A stretch of 64,000 nucleotides of DNA from a bacterium (GTDB lineage: Bacteria > Verrucomicrobiota > Verrucomicrobiia > Chthoniobacterales > UBA6821), in the NCBI GenBank assembly GCA_021849805.1, contig JAJZSL010000003.1:103229-167228 (forward strand), written 5' to 3'. The position numbers were made by a program, and so were the translations under genes. Every line of letters begins with the position of its first letter. The stretch's first letter is position 1. Shown piece by piece: positions 45,161-53,485 of this stretch. Under the pieces are notes generated by a model. The model worked only from the letters and a program-made list of their open reading frames with translations, was not told the DNA's origin and did not search any database.

Positions 45161-45439
45161 ATGGCTCGTTCACTTAAAAAAGGTCCTTTTGTTGAATGGA
45201 AGCTTCTCGAGAAAATCGATAAGCTCAATGAGACAAATCTCAAAAAGCCAATTAAGACTTGGTCTCGTCGTTCTACGATCACTCCAGATTTTGTCGGTCA
45301 TACCTTTAACGTTCATAATGGACGCTCGTTCATCCCTGTTTTTGTGACAGAAAATATGGTTGGACATAAACTAGGTGAGTTCTCTCCTACGCGTATCTTC
45401 AAGAAACATGGTTCACACACAGCAAAGGTGACCAAGTAA
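45161..45439 (+). CDS. rpsS: 30S ribosomal protein S19
   Basis: [11 protein letters not shown] ... [25 protein letters not shown] ... MVGHKLGEF. Confidence 0.97.
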   Translation: MARSLKKGPFVEWKLLEKIDKLNETNLKKPIKTWSRRSTITPDFVGHTFNVHNGRSFIPVFVTENMVGHKLGEFSPTRIFKKHGSHTAKVTK

Positions 45440-45455
45440 ATTTCTGATCCTTCTC

Positions 45456-45992
45456 ATGCAAGTATTATCAATCCATCGTTACGCAAAGATTTCTCCCTTC
45501 AAGGCTCGTGAAGTAACTCGTGAAATTCAAGGAAAGCCAGCCTTGGATGCGCTTGCAGAGCTCAAGCTTGTTCCTAAAAAGGCAGCTCCTCTGATTCTTA
45601 AAGTTCTCAAGAGTGCTATTGCTAATGCAGAGAATAATAATCATCTCTCTCCCAAAGTTCTTGTTATCAAAGAAGCAGTAATCGGTGAGGCAGTCACCAT
45701 GAAGCGCATCATGACTCGAGCTCGTGGAAGTGCAAGCGCCATTCGTAAGCGCACTAGTCATATTCGTATTGTTCTCACTGATGAAATCCCTATCCATCGT
45801 CGTGCTGACCAGATTAGGAAAAAGAAAGATTCTAAGAAAAAAGAGTCTCCGACTAAGTCTAAAAAAGAGTCTTCTGCCAGCAAAGATACTACTTCATCTG
45901 CTAAATCGGCAAGCGTTCTATTAAGCCCAGTCAATTCAAGTGACCAAACGGTGCTAGCTCCAAAGGAAGCACCTGCAGAAAAAGTTTCTTAA
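45456..45992 (+). CDS. rplV: 50S ribosomal protein L22 with a ~65-aa Lys/Ser-rich C-terminal tail
   Basis: L22 core (ISPFKAREVTREIQGKP ... RARGSASAIRKRTSHIRIVL), followed by the tail RKKKDSKKKESPTKSKKESSASKDTTSSAKS... Confidence 0.93.
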   Translation: MQVLSIHRYAKISPFKAREVTREIQGKPALDALAELKLVPKKAAPLILKVLKSAIANAENNNHLSPKVLVIKEAVIGEAVTMKRIMTRARGSASAIRKRTSHIRIVLTDEIPIHRRADQIRKKKDSKKKESPTKSKKESSASKDTTSSAKSASVLLSPVNSSDQTVLAPKEAPAEKVS

Positions 45993-46038
45993 ACCTATTC
46001 ATTCCATTCACTAAGCATCTAAATTAACTATCTACTTT

Positions 46039-46701
46039 ATGGGACAAAAAGTTAACCCTATTGGATTTCGTCTTCCTATTACTCGAGATTGGAGTTCTCG
46101 TTGGTATGCTTCTGAGAAGGAGTTTGCTGATTTTCTGCATGCCGATATCAATATCCGCCGAGGACTCAAGAAAAAACTAAAATCTGCAGCGGTTTCTCGT
46201 ATCGTTATTGAGCGTGCTTGGAATAGTGTTCGTGTGACTATTGTTACTGCACGCCCCGGAGTAGTTATTGGACGTAAAGGTTCAGAAATTGAAACCATGA
46301 CGCAAGAAATTTCTTTACTTGCAGGTGGTAAGCAGGCAAAAATAGACATTGTTGAAGTTAAGCAACCAGAAATTGATGCAACACTTGTTGCAGAAAGCAT
46401 TGCTTCTCAACTAGAACGTCGCATTGGTTTTCGTCGAGCTATGAAAAAAGCGATGCAGCTTGCCATGGATCTTGGTGCAGAAGGCATTAAGATACGTGCT
46501 TCAGGTCGTCTAGGAGGGAGTGAAATTGCTCGAACAGAAATTGTTCGCTCAGGAACAATTCCCCTCCACACACTACGTAAAAATATCGACTATGGTTTTG
46601 CAGAAGCTAATACAGTTGCTGGAAAAATTGGTATTCAATGTTGGATTTGTAAAAAAGAAGAAAATTCTAATTCAGAGTCACGCCAATCGTCTAGTAATTA
46701 G
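46039..46701 (+). CDS. rpsC: 30S ribosomal protein S3
   Basis: [12 protein letters not shown] ... [14 protein letters not shown] ... [12 protein letters not shown]. Confidence 0.97.
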   Translation: MGQKVNPIGFRLPITRDWSSRWYASEKEFADFLHADINIRRGLKKKLKSAAVSRIVIERAWNSVRVTIVTARPGVVIGRKGSEIETMTQEISLLAGGKQAKIDIVEVKQPEIDATLVAESIASQLERRIGFRRAMKKAMQLAMDLGAEGIKIRASGRLGGSEIARTEIVRSGTIPLHTLRKNIDYGFAEANTVAGKIGIQCWICKKEENSNSESRQSSSN

Positions 46702-46750
46702 AAAGTATTCCAAAATTTTTTAAATATTTTTACCTTCATTATTTTCAATT

Positions 46751-47173
46751 ATGCCCTTATTGCCTAAAAGAGTTAAATATCGAAAAACACAACGCGGCAG
46801 TCGTTCTGGAATGGCTTCTCGTAATCTCCGTATCGATTTTGGAGAATTTGGTCTTCAGACACTTGATCGCGCATGGATCACTAATACGCAAATTGAGGCA
46901 GCACGTGTTGCACTGACTCGTAATATGAAGCGTAAAGGCAAGCTTTGGATCCGTATTTTTCCTGATAAATCAGTTACAGCAAGACCTCCAGAAACTCGTA
47001 TGGGAAAAGGCAAAGGTCAACCAGAATATTGGGTAGCAACTGTTCGTCCAGGCAACATTTTGTTTGAACTTGATGGTATTCCCGAATCGCTAGCACGTGA
47101 ATCACTACGACTAGCAGCCAACAAACTTCCGATTCGTACAAAGTTTGTGACACGCCACCATGCTCTTAGTTAG
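46751..47173 (+). CDS. rplP: 50S ribosomal protein L16
   Basis: [16 protein letters not shown] ... [25 protein letters not shown] ... RMGKGKG. Confidence 0.97.
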   Translation: MPLLPKRVKYRKTQRGSRSGMASRNLRIDFGEFGLQTLDRAWITNTQIEAARVALTRNMKRKGKLWIRIFPDKSVTARPPETRMGKGKGQPEYWVATVRPGNILFELDGIPESLARESLRLAANKLPIRTKFVTRHHALS

Positions 47174-47206
47174 TAGTTATATGGTGCTTACTTTTTATTT
47201 TCTCTT

Positions 47207-47395
47207 ATGACTATTACAGACATTAAAGAATTAACCGCGAAGGAGATTTTGACTCAGATTCAAAAACAGCGTCAGGAAATTTTTCACTATCGCCTTCAAC
47301 AACAAGCTGGTCAGCTAGAAAAACCTCATCTCTTGCGATTCGCACGACGCGAGATTGCACGTCTTAAAACTATACTCAAAGAAAAACAAGCTTAA
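47207..47395 (+). CDS. rpmC: 50S ribosomal protein L29
   Basis: 62 aa. Helical pattern IKELTAKEILTQIQKQRQEIFHYRLQQ, in the expected position between rplP and rpsQ. Confidence 0.9.
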   Translation: MTITDIKELTAKEILTQIQKQRQEIFHYRLQQQAGQLEKPHLLRFARREIARLKTILKEKQA

Positions 47396-47433
47396 ATTCC
47401 TTCTCTATACTTTTTATTTAATAACGCTCACTC

Positions 47434-47745
47434 ATGAACGATACAGCCACTCACCATCAAATTCATGAATCGACTCAAATCGATGCTTGCTTGAACAAAA
47501 ATCGCGGATTACGAAAGACACGTTTTGGTGAAGTCATTTCTAATAAAATGGACAAAACAATTGTTGTCAAAACAGTGACGCGAGTTCCTCACCCACGTTT
47601 TGGAAAGATTGTCAAACAAATTAAAAAATTCCATGTTCATGATGAAAAAAATGAAGCTCAAATTGGGGATCGAGTTTCAATTATGGAAACACGTCCCATC
47701 AGTCGTTTGAAACGATGGAGATTGATGGCTATCTTGAAGCATTAA
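47434..47745 (+). CDS. rpsQ: 30S ribosomal protein S17 (with N-terminal extension)
   Basis: [69 protein letters not shown]. Confidence 0.94.
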   Translation: MNDTATHHQIHESTQIDACLNKNRGLRKTRFGEVISNKMDKTIVVKTVTRVPHPRFGKIVKQIKKFHVHDEKNEAQIGDRVSIMETRPISRLKRWRLMAILKH

Positions 47746-47767
47746 TAGGAATTACTATTTTACGATT

Positions 47768-48133
47768 ATGATTTATTTACGTACTCGTCTTGATGTTGCT
47801 GATAATACTGGGGCTCGCATGGCTACAATGATTGGAGTTATTGGCAAGAAAACTCTTTCTGCTCGTGTGGGTGATATTATTACTGCGAATGTTAAGGAAG
47901 CATCTACTGGAGGAACAGTTAAGAAAGGGGACGTCGTCCGTGCGGTTGTAGTAAGGACACGTCAAATTATTACTCGAGATAATGGTTTTGGTGTTCGTTT
48001 TGATAGGAATGCTATTGTTATTATTGATAAAGATAAAAACCCTCGAGGAACCCGTATTTTTGGTCCTGTAGCTCGTGAACTTCGTGAAAAAAACTTCATG
48101 AAAATTGTTTCTCTTGCTCCTGAAGTTATATGA
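47768..48133 (+). CDS. rplN: 50S ribosomal protein L14
   Basis: [10 protein letters not shown] ... [11 protein letters not shown] ... [10 protein letters not shown] ... [14 protein letters not shown]. Confidence 0.97.
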   Translation: MIYLRTRLDVADNTGARMATMIGVIGKKTLSARVGDIITANVKEASTGGTVKKGDVVRAVVVRTRQIITRDNGFGVRFDRNAIVIIDKDKNPRGTRIFGPVARELREKNFMKIVSLAPEVI

Positions 48134-48498
48134 TGCAGATGAAAAAAAATAAAACACATGTCCATACAGGTGATACTGTAAAAGTTATTTCTGGCAACCA
48201 TCGTGGTGCTGAAGGGAAAATTCTTCGTGTGATTGCTGGTAAGGATCAAGTTATTATTGAAGGGGTACGCATGATCAAGAAGCACCTTGGTCGCTCTCAA
48301 GAGAGAACTCAAGGTGAAATTATTGAACGTGAGGGCCCTATTCATATTTCCAATGTTAAGCTTCTTGAAAAAGTTTCTTCCAGAGGAAAAGAGGAAACCA
48401 AGGAAAAAAAAGTCTCTAAAAAAAATGAGTCATCTCCAGCAAAAAAAGCTTCCAAAAAAGAGAAAGATTCTAGTTCCCTATCTTTTCCAAAAAAATAA
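48130..48498 (+). CDS. rplX: 50S ribosomal protein L24 with a Lys/Ser-rich C-terminal tail
   Basis: KOW motif [25 protein letters not shown], followed by the tail [29 protein letters not shown]. There is an ATGA overlap with rplN. Confidence 0.94.
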   Translation: MMQMKKNKTHVHTGDTVKVISGNHRGAEGKILRVIAGKDQVIIEGVRMIKKHLGRSQERTQGEIIEREGPIHISNVKLLEKVSSRGKEETKEKKVSKKNESSPAKKASKKEKDSSSLSFPKK

Positions 48499-48504
48499 GT
48501 AGTC

Positions 48505-49152
48505 ATGCAACAAGCATCAGCATTTTTTATCGATTATCAACAGAGAGTGATTCCAGCGCTTCAAAAAAAGCGTGGATATAAAAACAAACATCAAGTACCA
48601 CGGCTCCTCAAAGTTGTTCTCAATACTTCTGTAGCCTCTTCTCCAGATGTAAAACAAGCACTGGAGATTGCTAAAGAAGAATTGGCATTGATTACTGGTC
48701 AAAAACCGGTAGAGACCATTGCTAAGAAAAGTATTTCCAATTTTAAACTACGTGCTGGTCAGGCTATTGGAGCCAAGGTTACCCTACGTGGTCGAATCAT
48801 GTATGAATTTTTGGAGAGATTTATTAAAATGGCACTACCTCGAATTCGTGATTTTCGCGGCGTTTCCACAAAATCCTTCGATGGTCATGGTAACTATACC
48901 ATTGGTGTTGTAGATCAATCGATTTTTCCAGAAATTGAACTTGATAAGATTAAGCGAAATATAGGTTTTGATGTAACCATTGTCACTTCTGCTAAAAACA
49001 GTGAAGAAACAAGAGATTTTCTAACGGAACTAGGAATGCCTTTTGCTGGTCGTCATCGTTCCAAAAAATTAGTGGAAAAAGAAAATGACCTGACCACTTC
49101 AAACGCAGTAGAGACTTCTACTACCTCTTCATCATCACTTCTAGACTCATGA
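48505..49152 (+). CDS. rplE: 50S ribosomal protein L5 with a ~35-aa C-terminal extension
   Basis: VPRLLKVVLNTSV ... ITGQKPVETIAKKSISNFKLRAGQAIGAKVTLRG ... GNYTIGVVDQSIFPEI. Confidence 0.96.
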   Translation: MQQASAFFIDYQQRVIPALQKKRGYKNKHQVPRLLKVVLNTSVASSPDVKQALEIAKEELALITGQKPVETIAKKSISNFKLRAGQAIGAKVTLRGRIMYEFLERFIKMALPRIRDFRGVSTKSFDGHGNYTIGVVDQSIFPEIELDKIKRNIGFDVTIVTSAKNSEETRDFLTELGMPFAGRHRSKKLVEKENDLTTSNAVETSTTSSSSLLDS

Positions 49153-49547
49153 GTGCCTTAACTGATCCCATTGCCGACTTACTCACGCGTGTTCGCAATG
49201 CAACACGTGTTCACAAAAAAGAATTTTTCATTCCTTATTCCAAAATGAGAATTGACATTGTAGCTCTTTTGAAAAAAGAGGGTTACATTGAGGATTATCA
49301 ATTAGATAGAACGGAGAGACATCCACGACTCAAAGTTATCCCTCGCTACGTTGGTAATAAATCAGCAATTACAGGATTGCGTCGCATAAGTAGGCCCGGC
49401 CTTCGTCGTTATGTGAGCAGTCAAGAAATTCCTCGTGTCTTAGGTAATATGGGTATTGCTATTCTTTCAACATCACGAGGGGTGCTCACTGGCCATGAAG
49501 CACGTCGCCAGCATCTTGGTGGTGAATTACTCGCGACTATTTGGTAA
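49149..49547 (+). CDS. rpsH: 30S ribosomal protein S8
   Basis: TDPIADLLTRVRNA ... LKKEGYIEDY ... GIAILSTSRGVLT. It overlaps the rplE stop by 4 nt, leaving no room for rpsN. Confidence 0.97.
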   Translation: MSALTDPIADLLTRVRNATRVHKKEFFIPYSKMRIDIVALLKKEGYIEDYQLDRTERHPRLKVIPRYVGNKSAITGLRRISRPGLRRYVSSQEIPRVLGNMGIAILSTSRGVLTGHEARRQHLGGELLATIW

Positions 49548-49587
49548 ATTTTGAAATTACAGAATACTTATTTAACTTTTCTTTTTC

Positions 49588-50127
49588 ATGTCACGTATAG
49601 GAAAAACTCCAATCAAACTCCCTAAGAATGTCAAGATTGCTCTGGATGATCATGGTGCTATCACTGTTGAAGGTCCCAAAGGAAAGCTCTCTTGGACCTT
49701 GCCTCCGGCAGTGACTCTTCGGCTTGACGAAGAACAAGTGACCCTCCATCGTAATAATGATTTGCGAGCAACCCGCGCTCTTCATGGCCTATCACGTGCG
49801 CTGGTCAATAATATGATTCATGGTGTTGATGAAGGTTTCCGTCGAGATTTAGAAATCCAGGGAGTCGGCTTTCGTGCAGCTCTCAAAGGAGAGCATTTAG
49901 ATCTCTCTCTTGGCTATTCTCATCCTGTACTCTTTAACATTCCTCAAGGAATTAAGATTACTGTTGCGGAGAACACAAAAATTAGTATTGAAGGAATCGA
50001 CAAGCATCTTGTTGGACAAGTTGCTGCAGATATTCGTTCCTACTATCCTCCTGAGCCTTACAAAGGAAAAGGAATTCGTTATGCGGGAGAACAAGTTCGC
50101 CGCAAAGAAGGTAAAACTGTTCAATAA
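49588..50127 (+). CDS. rplF: 50S ribosomal protein L6
   Basis: MSRIGKTPIKLPKNVKI ... GPKGKLS ... GVGFRA ... YYPPEPYKGKGIRYAGE. Confidence 0.97.
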   Translation: MSRIGKTPIKLPKNVKIALDDHGAITVEGPKGKLSWTLPPAVTLRLDEEQVTLHRNNDLRATRALHGLSRALVNNMIHGVDEGFRRDLEIQGVGFRAALKGEHLDLSLGYSHPVLFNIPQGIKITVAENTKISIEGIDKHLVGQVAADIRSYYPPEPYKGKGIRYAGEQVRRKEGKTVQ

Positions 50128-50138
50128 TTATTATCATC

Positions 50139-50495
50139 ATGCCTAGTATTTCTTCTCGTCAATTGCGGCATCGCCGCCTTCGCAAAAAAGTTGTGGGCAA
50201 TAGAGAACGCCCTCGTCTTTCCATTCATTTTTCTGGAAAACATATCACTGCTCAAGTCATCGATGATACGTTGGGAGTTACTTTGGCTAGTGTCCATACT
50301 ACAGAGGAAAAGTTTAGTAAAGAAGCATCAGTCCGTCCAAACATAGCAACATCTATCAAAGTAGGAACACTTATTGCAGAGCGTGGACTTTCCAAAAACA
50401 TCAAAAAAGTCGTTTTTGATCGAGGTGGTTTTAACTATCATGGAAAAGTTAAGGCATTAGCTGATGCAGCACGTGCTGGAGGATTTGAATTTTAA
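50139..50495 (+). CDS. rplR: 50S ribosomal protein L18
   Basis: [32 protein letters not shown] ... [28 protein letters not shown]. Confidence 0.96.
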   Translation: MPSISSRQLRHRRLRKKVVGNRERPRLSIHFSGKHITAQVIDDTLGVTLASVHTTEEKFSKEASVRPNIATSIKVGTLIAERGLSKNIKKVVFDRGGFNYHGKVKALADAARAGGFEF

Positions 50496-50515
50496 TTATT
50501 GGAATAAATACTATT

Positions 50516-51169
50516 ATGGCTGAAAAAACAAATAAGAAGACGGCGCAGCGTCGTGAATCTACTAGTGAGGCTGCACCGAAAGATACTGTTGAAAAAGTAG
50601 TTTTCATTAATCGTTGTGCAAAGGTTGTTAAAGGTGGTCGTCGATTTAGCTTCAGTGCTTTGATTGTCAGTGGAAATATGAAAGGAAAAGTTGGTGTTGG
50701 TTTCGGTAAAGCTAATGAAGTAAGTGAAGCCATTCGTAAAGCTTCTCAAACAGCTACTAAATCGATGATTTCAGTTGCTGTTGATGAGAATACTATTCCT
50801 CATGAAGTCATTGGCACTCATGGCGGTGGTCGCGTTTTACTTCGTCCTGCTTCTCCTGGTACTGGTATTATTGCTGGTGGAGGAGTGCGTGCTGTTGTTG
50901 AAGCTGTAGGCATCCGTGATATTCTTGCCAAGTCGCTTGGTTCCAATAATCACGCTAACGTTGTCAAGGCCACTTTGGATGCACTCTTACAGTTGCGTCC
51001 TCGTGAAGAAATTTATCGTTTACGACAGAAAAAATTTCAAAAAAATTTGTCAGTAAAAGCATCAGAAATATCAACTCCTTCCACTCTTCCACTAAAAACA
51101 GCAACAATGAAAACAGCTGTTGAGGATTCTATAGAGCTTCTTGAAGAAGTTGTTCTCAATATTGCTTAA
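50516..51169 (+). CDS. rpsE: 30S ribosomal protein S5 with a ~50-aa C-terminal extension
   Basis: [42 protein letters not shown] ... [13 protein letters not shown]. Confidence 0.96.
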   Translation: MAEKTNKKTAQRRESTSEAAPKDTVEKVVFINRCAKVVKGGRRFSFSALIVSGNMKGKVGVGFGKANEVSEAIRKASQTATKSMISVAVDENTIPHEVIGTHGGGRVLLRPASPGTGIIAGGGVRAVVEAVGIRDILAKSLGSNNHANVVKATLDALLQLRPREEIYRLRQKKFQKNLSVKASEISTPSTLPLKTATMKTAVEDSIELLEEVVLNIA

Positions 51170-51235
51170 CTGATTTTCTGTAAAAAGCAGAAAAGTATTT
51201 TAGCCTATTTCACTTCCTAACTTTTAATAATTCTT

Positions 51236-51766
51236 ATGAGACTTCATGATCTTCATCCTCGTCCTGGCGCTAAACATCGCCGTAAACGTTTAGGTTGTGG
51301 GGAAAGTTCTGGCCATGGAAAAACATCAGGTCGTGGCCATAAAGGTCAAAAAGCACGTTCTGGCGGCAGTGTTCGCTTGGGGTTTGAAGGTGGTCAGATG
51401 CCTTTGATTCGACGTCTTCCTAAGCGAGGATTTAGTAATGATTCCTTTAAACCAATTTTTGCAGTCATCAATCTTGATACTCTAGAAGAGCGTTTTGAAG
51501 CAGGAAGTTTTATTGATGAAGAAAAACTTCGATCTCTGGGACTTCTTAACGGTCGTTGCGATGGCATTAAACTCTTGGCACGTGGAGTGCTCAACAAAGC
51601 ACTCACCCTAGAAGTAGATAAAACAAGTGCTGCTGCTCGTCAAAAGTTTGAACAAGTTGGAGGCACGTTGATCCTACGTCCTACTAAGCTCCATCAAACA
51701 CGTCGTTTAGCAAAATCAGAAGAGCGTTTACAGCGTCAACGTCTTCCACGTAGCAAAAAAAAGTAA
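51236..51766 (+). CDS. rplO: 50S ribosomal protein L15
   Basis: LHDLHPRPGAKHRRKRLGCGESSGHGKTSGRGHKGQKARSG ... EGGQMPLIRRLPKRGF. It directly follows rpsE with no rpmD between them. Confidence 0.95.
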   Translation: MRLHDLHPRPGAKHRRKRLGCGESSGHGKTSGRGHKGQKARSGGSVRLGFEGGQMPLIRRLPKRGFSNDSFKPIFAVINLDTLEERFEAGSFIDEEKLRSLGLLNGRCDGIKLLARGVLNKALTLEVDKTSAAARQKFEQVGGTLILRPTKLHQTRRLAKSEERLQRQRLPRSKKK

Positions 51767-51942
51767 GAACAGGCTAAGAATTAAGAATTGCTGAATTGAG
51801 GAAGTAGAAAAATTCATTAGCTAGAGATTTCAAATTGTTTTTAAAATTTTTCCTGTCGAGCTTGGAAAGCATTCCAAGAATGTTAAGCTGAGCATTGTCA
51901 ATGATAAAAAATTACTAAACAGTTTTAATCACACCCCTTTTT

Positions 51943-53448
51943 ATGATTTCTGCTTTTGTCAATACCTTTAAAATTGCCGAACTTCGCTCTCGGGCTCTTT
52001 TCACCTTAGGGATGGTGATTATTATGCGTTTAGGAGCTGCGATTACTACACCGGGAGTCAATGCCCAAGTTCTTCGTCAGTGGTTCCTCAATGTAGCTGA
52101 TGCTAAGGTTGGTGGTGGTATTGCCACTATGTTCAATCTCTTCAGTGGTGGTGCACTTAGTAATTGTGCCATTTTTTCCTTAGGGATTATGCCCTACATT
52201 AGTGCTTCTATTATGCTTCAGTTGCTGGGGGCTGTCATTCCAAAGCTCGGAAAACTGGCACGAGAAGATGGAGGTCGTCAAAAAATCTCTCAATACACGC
52301 GTTATGCAACAATTTTTCTTTGTCTGATTCAAGGTTGGCTCTTAGCCCTTTCGTTTGAATCACCACAATCTAACCCTTTTCTTCCTGGTATTGCTGAGAC
52401 GATTATGCGGCTTGGCATTCCTCTGGTAGCAAGCCCTGGTCTAGGTTTTCGTCTCATGACTGTCATGACAATGACAGCTGGCACACTCTTCTTAATGTGG
52501 CTAGGTGACCAAATTACAGAACGGGGTATTGGTAACGGTGTTTCCTTCATTATTACTGTTGGTATTTTAGCCCAGCTACCCGCCGGTCTTCTTCAAGCAT
52601 GGCGTACGTTTGTTCCTCTTGAGAAAGAGGCGGCTCTCGTCAGCCCAATTGTGCTAGTTGTTTTGTGTGCTTTTCTTTTTCTAGTTATTGCAGCTGTCAT
52701 TTCCGTGACGCAAGCACAGCGAAAAATTAGTATTCAATATGCAAAGCGTGTTGTCGGTAGAAAAGTCTATGGTGGCCAAACACAATATATGCCTCTAAAA
52801 GTCAACTATGCTGGCGTGATGCCGATTATTTTTGCACAAGCTATTTTACTATTCCCCTCGACAATTCTCAACATGGCTTTTCCTGGAAAAGGCTGGGCAC
52901 AAGAGCTTGCTTCCGCTCTAACGCTAGGTTGGCCTCATTATGTTCTCTATGGACTATTGATTTTTTCATTTAGTTATTTTTGGGTAGCAACTCAATTTCA
53001 GCCTGCACAAATTGCCGATGATCTGAAGAAAAATGGTGGCTTCATTCCAGGAGTCCGACCAGGCAAGCCAACAGCTGATTTTCTTGATCACACTATGAGT
53101 CGGTTAACCTTTGCAGGAGCTATTTTTTTGGTAGTGATTGCTATTTTGCCACAGCTGTTGAGTCGAGGATTACAGGTTCCCTATATGACCGCTCAATTTT
53201 TTGGAGGAACAGGGTTGCTTATTATTGTTGGCGTTACTCTTGATACCATGCGTCAAGTCGAGACGTTCTTGTTGCAGCGTCACTATGATGGATTTTTGAG
53301 AAAAGGAAAAACTTCAGGACGCACCTCCTATCGTCAGCCGATCAATCACGGTGCCTTAGTTAGCGATACTTTCCTTGTTTGGTTTTATGCGGTTTTGGGA
53401 GCTCTGGCAATTGTGGGAGTGACAATCTTCCTAACAACGCATCGTTGA
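51943..53448 (+). CDS. secY: Preprotein translocase subunit SecY with an extra C-terminal hydrophobic segment
   Basis: 501 aa. FSGGALSNCAIFSLGIMPYISASIMLQLL, GRQKISQYTRY and VNYAGVMPIIFAQAIL. After the usual C-terminal ...LQRHYDGFLRKGK comes ~45 more aa, including FLVWFYAVLGALAIVGVTIFL. Confidence 0.95.
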   Translation: MISAFVNTFKIAELRSRALFTLGMVIIMRLGAAITTPGVNAQVLRQWFLNVADAKVGGGIATMFNLFSGGALSNCAIFSLGIMPYISASIMLQLLGAVIPKLGKLAREDGGRQKISQYTRYATIFLCLIQGWLLALSFESPQSNPFLPGIAETIMRLGIPLVASPGLGFRLMTVMTMTAGTLFLMWLGDQITERGIGNGVSFIITVGILAQLPAGLLQAWRTFVPLEKEAALVSPIVLVVLCAFLFLVIAAVISVTQAQRKISIQYAKRVVGRKVYGGQTQYMPLKVNYAGVMPIIFAQAILLFPSTILNMAFPGKGWAQELASALTLGWPHYVLYGLLIFSFSYFWVATQFQPAQIADDLKKNGGFIPGVRPGKPTADFLDHTMSRLTFAGAIFLVVIAILPQLLSRGLQVPYMTAQFFGGTGLLIIVGVTLDTMRQVETFLLQRHYDGFLRKGKTSGRTSYRQPINHGALVSDTFLVWFYAVLGALAIVGVTIFLTTHR

Positions 53449-53485
53449 TGGAAGAGTTAGAGAATGCTCTCTCTTGTTTCTCGGT

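Noticed and set aside
51861-51878. 7-bp hairpin (cttggaa-agca-ttccaag) in the rplO-secY spacer as a terminator or regulatory element.
   Set aside because: No U-tract follows, the stem is short, and I saw no conservation evidence. It is mentioned only as context under the ribosomal-cluster finding.
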